Shown here: one piece after another, positions 1-9,803 of the stretch
Numbering within the stretch: the first letter of the stretch is position 1
Layout of the letters: every line of letters begins with the position of its first letter
NCBI GenBank assembly: GCA_036339875.1
Contig: JAYZAC010000022.1
Location: forward strand, 1 to 14,986
DNA length: 14,986 nucleotides
Source: a bacterium
Lineage (GTDB): Bacteria > Muiribacteriota > UBA6191
Direction: 5' to 3'
The notes under the pieces: model-generated
The model's database searches: none
Seen by the model: only the letters and a program-made list of their open reading frames with translations
What the model was told of the DNA's origin: nothing
Position numbers and translations under genes: made by a program

Positions 1-85
1 TCTTGAGAAGGTGACCCAGTGAAGCAGAAAAAATACCTTTACCCAATGACGAAATAACCCCGCCTGTAACAAAGATTATTTTCAT
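1..85 (-). CDS. pyrG: CTP synthase, N-terminal fragment (continues beyond the window's left edge)
   Basis: Not in the ORF track. Manual minus-strand translation from ATG at 85 gives [28 protein letters not shown], the typical PyrG N-terminal motif (IFVTGGVxSSLGKG). The start overlaps the kdsB stop (ATGA) and has an AAGGGG RBS upstream. kdsB-pyrG adjacency is a common arrangement. Confidence 0.95.
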   Translation of the reverse strand, partial: MKIIFVTGGVISSLGKGIFSASLGHLLK

Positions 86-837
86 TTTGACCCCTTAATT
101 TTAATTTTTTGAAAATATTGCTCCGCATTTGAAAGATCCTCTGGTGTATCTATGCCAAAACTCGCCTCATCTACAATATGAACATAAAGATCATATCCTG
201 CTTGCAATAACCTAAGCTGTTCTAATTTTTCAATCTGTTCTAGATCCGACGGAGGTAACTGAGAGAAGCTTAACAAAGTATCGCGTTCATATAGATACAC
301 CCCTAAATGGCGGTAACAATGTTGAAGGCTATTTAATTTATCTCTATCGCAAGGAATTTGTGAACGAGAAAAATATAATGCTTTCTGATTGTGCCGTAAC
401 ACTACTTTTACCACATTAACGTCTCCATGATCTTCTAATGAGTTAATTGGACAAGCAATCGTACCAACTAAACAATTTGATGCTTTGGAGTGAAATTCAA
501 TCAAAAATTTATCTATCATATGAGGGTCTAAAAAAGGTTCATCCCCCTGTATATTTAAAATCCATGATTCATTTCGACTTTTAGCCACCTCGGCAATTCG
601 ATCAGTACCACTTTGATGATCTACTGCTGTCATTACAACGGGATACCCATTTGACTTAACTTCTTCAAATATTCGCTCATCATCTGTGGCTACAACAAAA
701 TCTGATATTTGTTTACAACACTTAATTTGATCACAAACTCGTAAAACCATACTTCGACCAGCGATCTTTGCCAAAGGTTTACCAGGAAATCGGGTGGAAG
801 AATAACGAGCGGGAATTACAACCAAGGTGTCTCGCAT
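82..837 (-). CDS. kdsB: 3-deoxy-manno-octulosonate cytidylyltransferase (CMP-Kdo synthetase)
   Basis: Motifs [74 protein letters not shown] and GIDTPEDL. 251 aa, with an AAAGGT RBS upstream of the ATG. Confidence 0.97.
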   Translation of the reverse strand: MRDTLVVIPARYSSTRFPGKPLAKIAGRSMVLRVCDQIKCCKQISDFVVATDDERIFEEVKSNGYPVVMTAVDHQSGTDRIAEVAKSRNESWILNIQGDEPFLDPHMIDKFLIEFHSKASNCLVGTIACPINSLEDHGDVNVVKVVLRHNQKALYFSRSQIPCDRDKLNSLQHCYRHLGVYLYERDTLLSFSQLPPSDLEQIEKLEQLRLLQAGYDLYVHIVDEASFGIDTPEDLSNAEQYFQKIKIKGSK

Positions 838-848
838 AATCTACCTTT

Positions 849-1196
849 CTAGAGTCGAGCCTTGTAATCTTCAAGGAGATCTTTAATGACTTCAAAATTA
901 TTTTGCAGTTCTTTGAAATCTTGATACGAAGGCAATGTCAATTCTCGACGTACATTACGATCCATCTCATTTAAGAAAGTAGACATTGGTTCGCCAGTGA
1001 GATAAAGAATTCCACCCTTAAATTTATGAATTTGCTGGGAGAATGCTTCTGCATCTTCATTTTCAAAAGAGGTTTTCATAGCCTTCATTAATTCATCGCA
1101 ATCTGAAGTCAAATTTTCAATAAGTTCAAGTTCGTATGCGATATCGCCATCGGTTATGCTGTGTAAAGCACTTAAATGTAAAAAGTTATCTTTCAT
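849..1196 (-). CDS. Stand-alone Hpt (histidine phosphotransfer) domain protein
   Basis: About 115 aa, acidic and likely all-helical, with AFSQQIHKFKGGILYL matching the Hpt consensus (xHxLKGxxxxxG). Start moved from TTG 1217 to ATG 1196 (MKDNFL), because the predicted promoter puts the transcription start only a few nt upstream of 1217. Confidence 0.8.
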   Translation of the reverse strand: MKDNFLHLSALHSITDGDIAYELELIENLTSDCDELMKAMKTSFENEDAEAFSQQIHKFKGGILYLTGEPMSTFLNEMDRNVRRELTLPSYQDFKELQNNFEVIKDLLEDYKARL

Positions 1197-1229
1197 AGTC
1201 TCAACTAACTGCCGCAAATGAAAGCCCAG

Positions 1230-1258
1230 ATTTTGTCAGTTTTAAAAGCCTGTGTCAA
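1230..1258 (-). promoter_or_regulatory. Predicted sigma70-type promoter for the Hpt-kdsB-pyrG operon
   Basis: On the minus strand: perfect -35 TTGACA (1258-1253), a 17-bp spacer, then -10 CAAAAT (1235-1230) preceded by an extended TGn motif. It lies about 35 nt upstream of ATG 1196. Confidence 0.55.
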
Positions 1259-1315
1259 CGCACAGTTTAGACCTACTATCTTGATTATCTAATGTTTTGA
1301 GTTTATTTTTTGGCC

Positions 1316-2404
1316 ATGCAAACTACGACTTTACAAAAAAAAGAAAAAATAACTACTAAAACAACTAATATTAACCAGAGTTCAGAATATCTGAAACCAG
1401 GGGTAAATATCTCTACTAATGGTATCGACTTCGTGATTTCCGGTAAACCGAATCAAAAAGTTCACTGGGTGGGAGACTATAACGATTGGTCACTGGATCA
1501 ATCTTTGGAATATGAAAAAGATCTAAAAGGCTATCGCTTCCATATGCCCGCCTCATCTTTTGGTATCTATTTTTATAAATGGGTAGTAGATGGTGAATGG
1601 ATACTTGACCCCTGCAATCCTGAAACTTATACCAACGGTACAATGGGTACTAATTCTATGGTTAAAATGCCCGCATATCATGAGCCATTTGAAGTGGCCT
1701 TTCCCGAGCTAAAAAATGTTTTTAGTCAATTAGTACGAGATCAAATCAATTCAAAATCCTTAAAAGAAAATCGTCGAATCGATATATATTATCCGGAAGA
1801 ATATTTTCGAGATGATCAGAAGATTTTTCCTTTATTAGTTATGCAAGACGGCTCTGAATGCTTGGATTTATTACCCGCAAAGAATGTATTTGATCAGCTC
1901 ATTGCTAAAAAAATGGTTCGTCCCTTCATTGGTATATTAGTAAGCCCAAAATCCGGAAAGCGGGATAAAGATTATATTTTCAACAATAAGTTTGAGAGAT
2001 TTTTAGCAAACGACTTATTAGAGTGGACGATCGAAAATCAGATACGTATTTCAAAGAATCGTTTTGATAGAGCAATAATCGGTTACTCACTCGGTGGATT
2101 AGTTTCTGTTCGAACGGCAATTCATTATCCCGAAGTTTATGGACTAGCTGGTGGTGAAAGTTCAGCTTTTTGGCCTCGTGACTTCAAAATTTTTGATGAA
2201 ATGATGCATTTGAATCCTCAGGGGACGCAATTTTATCTTGGCTGTGGGAATTTAGATGGGGGTCAGCAAATGACCGCACTAATGACAAATTTGTTAACTC
2301 GCCTCGGCATCCAATATCAGAGTCGTATATCCATCGGCGGGCATGATTGGTACTACTGGAAAACACATCTGCGACATGCTTTACAGTATTTCTTCCCGAT
2401 GTAA
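1316..2404 (+). CDS. CBM48/glycogen-binding (AMPK-beta-like) domain fused to a Fes-like alpha/beta-hydrolase esterase
   Basis: N-terminal VHWVGDYNDW...YFYKWVVDGEWILDPCNP (CBM48/E-set). C-terminal esterase with IYYP, LLVMQDG, nucleophile elbow GYSLGG, acid in GCGNLD and His in GGHDW. No signal peptide. ATG 1316 preferred over TTG 1310. Confidence 0.85.
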   Translation: MQTTTLQKKEKITTKTTNINQSSEYLKPGVNISTNGIDFVISGKPNQKVHWVGDYNDWSLDQSLEYEKDLKGYRFHMPASSFGIYFYKWVVDGEWILDPCNPETYTNGTMGTNSMVKMPAYHEPFEVAFPELKNVFSQLVRDQINSKSLKENRRIDIYYPEEYFRDDQKIFPLLVMQDGSECLDLLPAKNVFDQLIAKKMVRPFIGILVSPKSGKRDKDYIFNNKFERFLANDLLEWTIENQIRISKNRFDRAIIGYSLGGLVSVRTAIHYPEVYGLAGGESSAFWPRDFKIFDEMMHLNPQGTQFYLGCGNLDGGQQMTALMTNLLTRLGIQYQSRISIGGHDWYYWKTHLRHALQYFFPM

Positions 2405-2429
2405 TCATTGTTTCTAGTAAACTGGTAAT

Positions 2430-5255
2430 ATGACATCGATTAGAAAAATACCTGGAAGCTCGCATCAGCAAAATGATCGAGAGCTTGCTCAAGACTTATT
2501 CGAAAAAAATCGCTTAATAGAAGCACTCGAAATTCTACAGCGTTATGGTTTGGATGAAATGGAGTTATCAACTCGATTCCTAATGGGTAAAGTTCATCTG
2601 AGTTTAAATCGCTTCATAGAAGCAAAACTTTACCTTGAGAGGGTATTTTCTGAGGATAGACAGAATAAACAAGTTTTACGCTTACTAATAGAAACACACA
2701 ATCATTTGAATGAATATCAATTAGTCTTATTTTACTTGAATCATTTGTTCAAATTAGATGGAGATGTCAATGAAGATATTCAAAACGTACTAAAACTTTA
2801 CAGAAAATTAGGACTGTATGACAGAGCCATCGAGCTTCAAGAGACAATGGATCAGAATGAATTTTTTCATGAAGATTACCTAGAGGAAAAAGTACTTCTT
2901 GCCCTCGAAATTGAAAATCAATCTCTAGCTCTGAAAATTCAGAAAGAAAATAAAGAATTACTACGACTGAAGCCAACTTTACAACGTGCAATTAGACGAC
3001 TGCAAAGAGACATTCCTTATTTAGGTCTACGAAGACGAGTTTATTTACGATACGGTCGAATCTTGCTTGGTTCGATACATGATAATGGACTCGATGAAGA
3101 TCCTATTTATTCTAAATTCAAGTTTGATCTATCAAGTCTATACGAAACTTTCCTTAGATTTTTTGACTTGTGCGCTACAAACCATATTAAGTTTGGAAAT
3201 GTTCGATCAACAGACCCTGAAAACGACAATATTGCTATTGTTCTCTCACAAATTTTAAATATTCCGTTTCTCACAGATCAAGAACAAAACTTGCGGACAC
3301 ATCTTCCTGTACTTTATGTGCATTCGACTTGGAATGAAGCTTTTATAGAAAAAAATGGCGTTCATTTCGCACTTGTGATAGCCAATAAGCATCTTCAGGA
3401 GCCATATAAACTACCAGATTTTATAGGCGTAATAATAAATGAGAAGGAATCTCCTGAAATAATTTTGGATAATACAATTCCCAAAAGCCCACAAAAGCTA
3501 TACTCCCTAATGTCTGAGAAAAGACATATTTCCAGTATGAACTTTGAAGCCAGAGAATCAATGTTTGGTTTACAAGATCTAAATTTTCAAAAGAATCGAG
3601 ATGTTCGTATATCAAGGTTGCCAGGATTCCAAAATGTTCCAAGGAGAAAACCATGGGATTACGCTTATCTCAGAGAAAGTCTGCAACAAGATGGACTACT
3701 CTACTCCGAAAGCCTTTTACAGACTCATGGTCAAGTACCAATGCCCAAAAGTCAGATTCTAAAGATACTGAACGCGTGCAAGAGTTGGGAATATCCTAGT
3801 GCAAAAACCTTAAAGTATTGCTACAAAGTGCAACCCGATTTAACTATGAACTTCATACTTTCAGATTTGTCGAAATCTGAGCTTAACTCACAATTATTAA
3901 CAAATATTGATCATTTAGATATTCTAACCATAGTAAAAAAATTGCTACTAGTAGACGAGCCCTCGTTACTTAAATCGGGAGCTTGGATTAACCTACTATT
4001 TGAATCAAACTTTGACTCTTGGATTAGTAGTAAGATGCAAGATTCCAAGAATATTGGATATCTTCTTAAAGGCTTTTCTCAACTTGTGGCTTTTGATAAT
4101 TTCAAATGGGAATGGTTATCACAAATTACTCCTAAAATTAAATCTGAAGAAGATTGGAATAATTGGGCTAATATTGTTTTGCAGTACATTAACCACTCAC
4201 CTACAGGTACTGAAATAATTATAGTGATATTAAATAAATGTAAGATTCTTAGTAAATATATTTTTGAACTTATGATTCGGCTGAATATAAGTCCTAATAA
4301 AATGCAAATCAAATGGATTCTAGGAGCATTTAATCGGCACCCTGATTTATGTACACAAGTTATTGAGAACTTTGGCTTACTTGAGACTCTCAAGCAAATT
4401 CTCATACTTCAAGAAAGTGAACCTCAATCAGCTCTTATAAAATATAGCCTTCTTACAAAATCTATTTTTCAGACAGTTACCCAAGAAATTCGTAAACTTA
4501 TTCCACTTACAGAAGTGAAAGTTCAGGCTGAGCTTTATGGCTTTTTGCTCACTCATGCCAAAGATCAGTATCGAATATTAGATCAGCTCTTCATGAATAC
4601 TGAACTAAAGTTAACTATGCGAAGGCAACTCACTAAATTTTTTAGATCTTCCGAAGATATCTCCTCTGAAAGAGATTTATTATTTCTAATGGAACAAAAT
4701 GAAGCAGGTCGGATAGCAACTGCACAACTTCTTGTACATCAAGGAGACATGGAGTTCTACATGTACTTAGTTCATCGCTTCGGAAGTCATGGTAATGAGT
4801 TCGGACTACAAATCTTTAAAACCCTTTTTGAATGTCGATCAGACCATGCAATCGAAATGCTAATTCAATTAGGTATGGTTGAAAAAAAGATCAATTTTAA
4901 AAGTATTCGTACTATTCTTAATTACATCAATGACGACCAAATACGAAAGGATGAGTGGCAAACTTTTCTTCAAGACATTTCTAATTCATCGTTAAGAACC
5001 ACTCTAAAATGCTGGCTAGAGCAAAATTTTAATCAATATCCAGACTTTATAAACATTTATCTTAATACTTTCTTAAATGAAAGTTTTGAAAATGTGGTCG
5101 ACAAATTTATTAACTTAAAAAACTACAGTATTCAGCAATTGCAAAAAATCCAACGCTGGAATCCAAGTAAAAAACAAGCAATTTTACAAAGACTTGATAG
5201 CACCAGTTTAACCCGTTACTTATTAGAAAACGATTGGAAAAAGGATCTTAATTGA
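2430..5255 (+). CDS. Large uncharacterised protein: N-terminal TPR repeats, central alpha/beta domain, Leu-rich helical (HEAT/ARM-like?) C-terminal region
   Basis: 941-aa ORF. TPR-like helices in about residues 15-170 ([41 protein letters not shown]). It lies 25 bp after the esterase and overlaps moaC by TTGA. Function beyond TPR is not established. Confidence 0.65.
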   Translation: MTSIRKIPGSSHQQNDRELAQDLFEKNRLIEALEILQRYGLDEMELSTRFLMGKVHLSLNRFIEAKLYLERVFSEDRQNKQVLRLLIETHNHLNEYQLVLFYLNHLFKLDGDVNEDIQNVLKLYRKLGLYDRAIELQETMDQNEFFHEDYLEEKVLLALEIENQSLALKIQKENKELLRLKPTLQRAIRRLQRDIPYLGLRRRVYLRYGRILLGSIHDNGLDEDPIYSKFKFDLSSLYETFLRFFDLCATNHIKFGNVRSTDPENDNIAIVLSQILNIPFLTDQEQNLRTHLPVLYVHSTWNEAFIEKNGVHFALVIANKHLQEPYKLPDFIGVIINEKESPEIILDNTIPKSPQKLYSLMSEKRHISSMNFEARESMFGLQDLNFQKNRDVRISRLPGFQNVPRRKPWDYAYLRESLQQDGLLYSESLLQTHGQVPMPKSQILKILNACKSWEYPSAKTLKYCYKVQPDLTMNFILSDLSKSELNSQLLTNIDHLDILTIVKKLLLVDEPSLLKSGAWINLLFESNFDSWISSKMQDSKNIGYLLKGFSQLVAFDNFKWEWLSQITPKIKSEEDWNNWANIVLQYINHSPTGTEIIIVILNKCKILSKYIFELMIRLNISPNKMQIKWILGAFNRHPDLCTQVIENFGLLETLKQILILQESEPQSALIKYSLLTKSIFQTVTQEIRKLIPLTEVKVQAELYGFLLTHAKDQYRILDQLFMNTELKLTMRRQLTKFFRSSEDISSERDLLFLMEQNEAGRIATAQLLVHQGDMEFYMYLVHRFGSHGNEFGLQIFKTLFECRSDHAIEMLIQLGMVEKKINFKSIRTILNYINDDQIRKDEWQTFLQDISNSSLRTTLKCWLEQNFNQYPDFINIYLNTFLNESFENVVDKFINLKNYSIQQLQKIQRWNPSKKQAILQRLDSTSLTRYLLENDWKKDLN

Positions 5256-5728
5256 GTGATAAATATTTTTCACACGTAGATGAATCCGGTAAGGCTAGTA
5301 TGGTTGATGTAGGCTCTAAGACTATTACAGAAAGATATGCCAAGGCTCAAGCCAAAATTTATGCATCATCGGGAACCTTAGATATGATACTCAAAAATGA
5401 GCATAAAAAAGGTGATGTGCTAGCTGTCGCTCAAATTGCTGGGATTCAAGCTGCAAAAAAAACAGCTGATTTGATTCCTCTTTGTCATACACTTAATCTT
5501 AACTCTGTAAAACTTTACTTTGAAATTAAGAAGGATCATATTTTGGTTGAATGTATAGCTAAAGTAAATGCAAAAACTGGTGTTGAAATGGAAGCTCTTA
5601 CAGGAGCGAGTGTTGCTTGCCTTACGATTTATGATATGTGTAAAGCCGTTGATAAAGAAATGGTAATCAGTGATCTCACCTTGCTTGAAAAAATGGGTGG
5701 TAGAAGTGGTGAATATAAAAGAAATTAA
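5252..5728 (+). CDS. moaC: Cyclic pyranopterin monophosphate synthase MoaC
   Basis: Motifs [56 protein letters not shown] and [13 protein letters not shown] start with an AAGGA RBS at 5241-5245. Confidence 0.97.
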   Translation: MSDKYFSHVDESGKASMVDVGSKTITERYAKAQAKIYASSGTLDMILKNEHKKGDVLAVAQIAGIQAAKKTADLIPLCHTLNLNSVKLYFEIKKDHILVECIAKVNAKTGVEMEALTGASVACLTIYDMCKAVDKEMVISDLTLLEKMGGRSGEYKRN

Positions 5729-5746
5729 CGAATAATTTATTTCTAA

Positions 5747-8700
5747 TTAATTAGTACTCGTTTTAGTGTTTAATATTTCCGGAATCTCTTTGATATGAAG
5801 GTCTCTTTGAGGAAAGGGTATAGTAATTCCCTCTCGATTCAATGCTTGATACACCTCATGCATAATTTGACTTCGTACAACAGCAAAAATCTCTATATCT
5901 CTAATGAAAACTCTCACGTCAAATTCTAATGCAGAGTCTCCAAGATTCTGAAAAATTATGTGAGGCTGAGGTTCTTCAACTACAGATGGATGATTCCTAG
6001 CAACTTCGTACAAAATATCCTCAACCCTTCGACTATCAGTACCGTAAGAAACACCTACGGGAATCTGCAATCTCAGCAGACGATCACTCAGCGACCAATT
6101 GACCAACTGACCAATAATGAACTCCTTATTAGGAATGATCAATTCTTTACGATTGAAATCAGTAATCGTTGTTGCTCGAATTCTTATTTTTGAAACGGTT
6201 CCATTTGTGTTAGCAACTGTTACAGTATCTCCGAGTCGAATAGGCTGTTCGAACAAGATTATTAAACCGGCAACAAAATTGGCAAATATCTCTTGGAGGC
6301 CAAAACCTAGCCCAACTGTAAAAGCAGCTGCGAGCCACTGTACCTTTCCCCATCCAATTCCAATTTGACCAAATGCTACTCCAACGCCTATTACTATTAA
6401 ACTATAGCGAAACACCGTTACTATTGCGTAGCTTTGTGCTGGCTCAGAATTAAGTTTGCGTAGAATTGAAATTTCAAGAAGTCCGGGTAAATTATTAACA
6501 GCTATAGCAGTTAAAACAACTACCAAGATAGAAGAAAAAATATGACCCAATGTTATAGAAGTAGACTGCTGTATATCGTACCAGAGCTCTATTTTATTCA
6601 ATACACCAAAAGCCGGAAAAACATCAACCCATATACCCAGCACACCCAATAAAAATAATAAGCTGCTTACGCCATTAAGAAAACGTTGAGTTTGAAGATG
6701 AATCACAGGTATTTCAGTTTGATGAGCAGCCTCAGCTTCCTTTACTGCTACCTCATCAACGTTGCTACCGTAACCTTGAACCTTTTTTTCTATACGTTCC
6801 ATTGCCAATGAGCGTCGTAAATTGAAAGTGAGACGATAAGCCAGAGATTTGAACAAGATAATTGCCAATAATAAAATTACAGTAGATTGAAATCTCAGCA
6901 TCATCTGTAAACCTGTATAGTGATAACCAGCGGCCGAGAGAATGGCTAAAAAAGGTGGTATAAGAACTACCGTGGGAAACCAAAGCCAAGAAAATTTTCT
7001 AATCCAGCTTTTACTACTACGACTAAAGTAGTCTTGCATCCATTGATTGGATGGATTAAATACTCTTTGAATAAACAATGCTAAGCCAAATAATATAACA
7101 ATGAAAATCATTCGACCTAACGTATCTTGCGCCTGTGGGTGAGGGTGATCTTGGGTGGTACCATACAAAAATATTGATGCAAGAAATAGAGGTACTAACC
7201 ATCTCAAATTAACTCGAACTATTTCTACGCCTTTAGAGACCCATAAAAAATGTGCTTGAGCTAAACCTTTTTGTAATACCAAGCTTTCTATAAATCTCAG
7301 TAATAAACTATATCCGGTCAGTAGAACAAATCCACGCGCTACTGCGTTGGAAAAATCACTACCTAAATTAGGGTCTGCTTCACGAAGAAACCAAGCGATT
7401 CCACCAAATACTGTTGGGAGAAGTAGTGCTAAAACTACTGTCACTACAAACGCTTTTAATGTTTTTCTAAAACTTGTTACATAACTTTGCTTTACATCAT
7501 CCCCTAATACTTTTAGAAGTCGTAATAATCGAGTTCTAATTCCTACTTGTAGAAGTAATAAAATACAAAATAGCATCGTCGGTATGATGTTCCTCGAAAA
7601 AGACTCTTCCAAAACTTTGTATACGGATAACCAATTATCAAACCTTGTAAACCATTCTAGAACACTTACAAGTTCTATTATGTCATGGCGCCCAAGAACT
7701 CTATTACTTCTTATCCATAGAATATTTTCGTCAATATAAGTCGTAAGCTCCGTAGCTTTAGCTAAATACTGATGACTTATGGCATCCAAATCCACCATCA
7801 CTAAAAAGTAGCTATTCAAATCCTTTAATAAATTCTCTAAGTAACTAACTCTTGTCTTAAGAAGAGCTTCAGCAGTCTTCAATATGTCTTCAAGGTCTTC
7901 TTGATTTTTAGAGTCTAGATTCTTGGCGAGCTTTAGCAGTTGGTTATCAATATTGCGCTCATCCCTCAGCTGTTCTTCAATTTGTAGTATTTCAAGCTGA
8001 ACCCTTGAAATTTCTGTTCTACGTCGTTTATTAAATAAATTATATTGTCTCAAATTCGGAAGTTCTGAACGTTGCTTACGAAATAAAATTCCAATGACAT
8101 CGGTCATACCAGCAACATTAACTTTCTCTACTAGTTTTTGCTGACTACGCTCCAATTGATAGTTCAACTGAGTTAATTTTCGGAGTTCCTTTTCAGCTCT
8201 TTGAATTCTACGTTTCAATCCGTCAGGACCAGTACGTCTTTTAGCAAGATGCATATTATTTTCTGCTAATTTTTGTATCAGAGGATCAGAGGTAGCCGCT
8301 CTTTGACGAATTATTTGAGCCTGCTGCGTCACCAACTCTGCTTCTTCTTTAGCTAATTCATACTCCCGATCTTTGAGAAACTGTCTTAATTCTTTACTAG
8401 TGGTAACTTTCCGGACCGCACTCTGCTCACTTAATTTCAGAAATTCTTGTCTTTTTTCATAATTTAGTAATTGCTTTTCAGCGTAAATGATTTCAAGCTC
8501 CAATCGAGCTTGATACTGATTTAAAAAGTTATCCTGAACTCGCCGTTCTGTTTCGCTCCCCTTGAATTTACTCGATTTTGAAATTAATTCTTCCAACTCC
8601 AACTTATAGTCTGCTATTCGTTGAGGTAACTTGACTCGTTCAGCTGTAATTTGTTTGATTTCTTGTTGGATATCATCAAGTCTTTTTTGACTACTTAACT

Positions 8701-9088
8701 CTTGAGATTCCTGCTTAAAAAGCTCTTGTTTGACTTCAGATAATTCAAGCCTTTTCCAATTTGAAGGAATTACAATTTTAATTGGCTTTGATAGTTCAAT
8801 TTTTAATCTATTGGCTCTGTCACTACTACTTACCAAAAAGTCTTTTTGAAATTCAATCTGCGTTTTGAGAACTTGTATTTTAGATTTTTCAGATTGGATC
8901 TCTTTTAATTGAAACTCCAAGGCTTTTTTCTGATCTTCATTAAGATTGGTATCAGAATTAATCGTATCAGATAGTCCTAGAAGTGGGTGTTTAACTCCAT
9001 TAAGTGCTGTATTTGCAGAAATACTTGAAACATACAAGAAAATTAGAATTGTAATAGATAAGCGTAACAATATATGTAAATAATTCAC
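5747..9088 (-). CDS. mscK: Large MscS-family mechanosensitive channel, MscK/KefA (MscM)-like
   Basis: 1113 aa. Signal peptide, long periplasmic coiled-coil, ILWIRS motif, multiple TM helices, then the MscS core (WGKVQWLAAAFTVGLGFGLQEIFANFVAGLIILFEQPIRLGD, IRIRATTITDFNRKELIIPNKEF, GITIPFPQRDLHI). MscK versus MscM cannot be resolved by eye. Confidence 0.88.
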   Translation of the reverse strand: MNYLHILLRLSITILIFLYVSSISANTALNGVKHPLLGLSDTINSDTNLNEDQKKALEFQLKEIQSEKSKIQVLKTQIEFQKDFLVSSSDRANRLKIELSKPIKIVIPSNWKRLELSEVKQELFKQESQELSSQKRLDDIQQEIKQITAERVKLPQRIADYKLELEELISKSSKFKGSETERRVQDNFLNQYQARLELEIIYAEKQLLNYEKRQEFLKLSEQSAVRKVTTSKELRQFLKDREYELAKEEAELVTQQAQIIRQRAATSDPLIQKLAENNMHLAKRRTGPDGLKRRIQRAEKELRKLTQLNYQLERSQQKLVEKVNVAGMTDVIGILFRKQRSELPNLRQYNLFNKRRRTEISRVQLEILQIEEQLRDERNIDNQLLKLAKNLDSKNQEDLEDILKTAEALLKTRVSYLENLLKDLNSYFLVMVDLDAISHQYLAKATELTTYIDENILWIRSNRVLGRHDIIELVSVLEWFTRFDNWLSVYKVLEESFSRNIIPTMLFCILLLLQVGIRTRLLRLLKVLGDDVKQSYVTSFRKTLKAFVVTVVLALLLPTVFGGIAWFLREADPNLGSDFSNAVARGFVLLTGYSLLLRFIESLVLQKGLAQAHFLWVSKGVEIVRVNLRWLVPLFLASIFLYGTTQDHPHPQAQDTLGRMIFIVILFGLALFIQRVFNPSNQWMQDYFSRSSKSWIRKFSWLWFPTVVLIPPFLAILSAAGYHYTGLQMMLRFQSTVILLLAIILFKSLAYRLTFNLRRSLAMERIEKKVQGYGSNVDEVAVKEAEAAHQTEIPVIHLQTQRFLNGVSSLLFLLGVLGIWVDVFPAFGVLNKIELWYDIQQSTSITLGHIFSSILVVVLTAIAVNNLPGLLEISILRKLNSEPAQSYAIVTVFRYSLIVIGVGVAFGQIGIGWGKVQWLAAAFTVGLGFGLQEIFANFVAGLIILFEQPIRLGDTVTVANTNGTVSKIRIRATTITDFNRKELIIPNKEFIIGQLVNWSLSDRLLRLQIPVGVSYGTDSRRVEDILYEVARNHPSVVEEPQPHIIFQNLGDSALEFDVRVFIRDIEIFAVVRSQIMHEVYQALNREGITIPFPQRDLHIKEIPEILNTKTSTN

Positions 9089-9146
9089 TTAAAGTCTATC
9101 GGTGTAAAGTACAATTTCCGAAAGTAAAGCAGACCTTATTCATACT

Positions 9147-9803
9147 ATGAAGAAACTCATTCGAATTTACGGCTTTACAATATTTTTACTGGTCCCACAG
9201 ACTCTGTGGAGTCTAACAGAAATTAAAAATCCGCTCACAGCAGATATACAATTTTATTTGAAGCATCTTGGTTATCGTGTAGGTAGCAAAGCTGGATTTG
9301 AAGGCCCTATTACTCAAAGAGCAATCAGACAATATGAAAATGATTTCGGCTTAAAAGTAACAGGAAAAGGAAACGAGCAACTCCTCGATCATTTACGAAA
9401 AGCTTATTTCACAGGTCATAAAACTGATTTTTCTTCCAATTCTCCATATCCATTACAAGGTAAATTAAAAATACAAATTCCAAGAGAGTTAATTAGAGAC
9501 TGTCGAATGGCACTCGTCAATCTTGCGCAACTAGCGACAGATAGTGCCAACCAAGCTGATGAGTTAAAGACTATAGAAACAACTTATAATTACACGCCAT
9601 ATATCAAACACTATCCTGAAATACCTGAAGAAGTAAGTAATAAAATGAAAGATCTAAGTAGCAGATTAAGTGATTTAGATTATAGTCTATGGAAGGCATC
9701 TCGCTTTTGTTCTCGTTTATATATAGACCCTACTCCCCCTAGATATTCTACTGCTGATCAAAAACTTAATAGTCACTACATTGATTCAAATCGCTCCCAA
9801 TAG
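9147..9803 (+). CDS. Secreted protein with a peptidoglycan-binding (PG_binding_1-like) domain and an unknown C-terminal domain
   Basis: Signal peptide MKKLIRIYGFTIFLLVPQTLWS, followed by IQFYLKHLGY...GFEGPITQRAIRQYENDFGLKVTG, resembling the PGBD consensus (Q..L..LGY....DG..G..T..AI..FQ...GL.V.G). Confidence 0.75.
   Translation: MKKLIRIYGFTIFLLVPQTLWSLTEIKNPLTADIQFYLKHLGYRVGSKAGFEGPITQRAIRQYENDFGLKVTGKGNEQLLDHLRKAYFTGHKTDFSSNSPYPLQGKLKIQIPRELIRDCRMALVNLAQLATDSANQADELKTIETTYNYTPYIKHYPEIPEEVSNKMKDLSSRLSDLDYSLWKASRFCSRLYIDPTPPRYSTADQKLNSHYIDSNRSQ

Noticed and set aside
1335..1349. A8-G-A6 tract near the esterase 5' end as a phase-variation or frameshift site
   Set aside because: The ORF is intact and the tract encodes Lys/Glu codons. 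A runs of this length are expected in such AT-rich DNA.
1416..2492. Minus-strand ORFs 1416-1643 and 2184-2492
   Set aside because: Antisense to the motif-supported esterase and TPR genes, with no recognisable motifs.
2767..4405. Short ORFs within the 941-aa gene (2767-2991, 3067-3258, 3421-3654, 4000-4218, 4079-4405)
   Set aside because: Nested shadow or alternate-frame ORFs with no protein-family features.
5960..6989. ORFs 5960-6193, 6117-6368 and 6765-6989
   Set aside because: They overlap the conserved MscS/TM region of the channel gene and are shadow ORFs.
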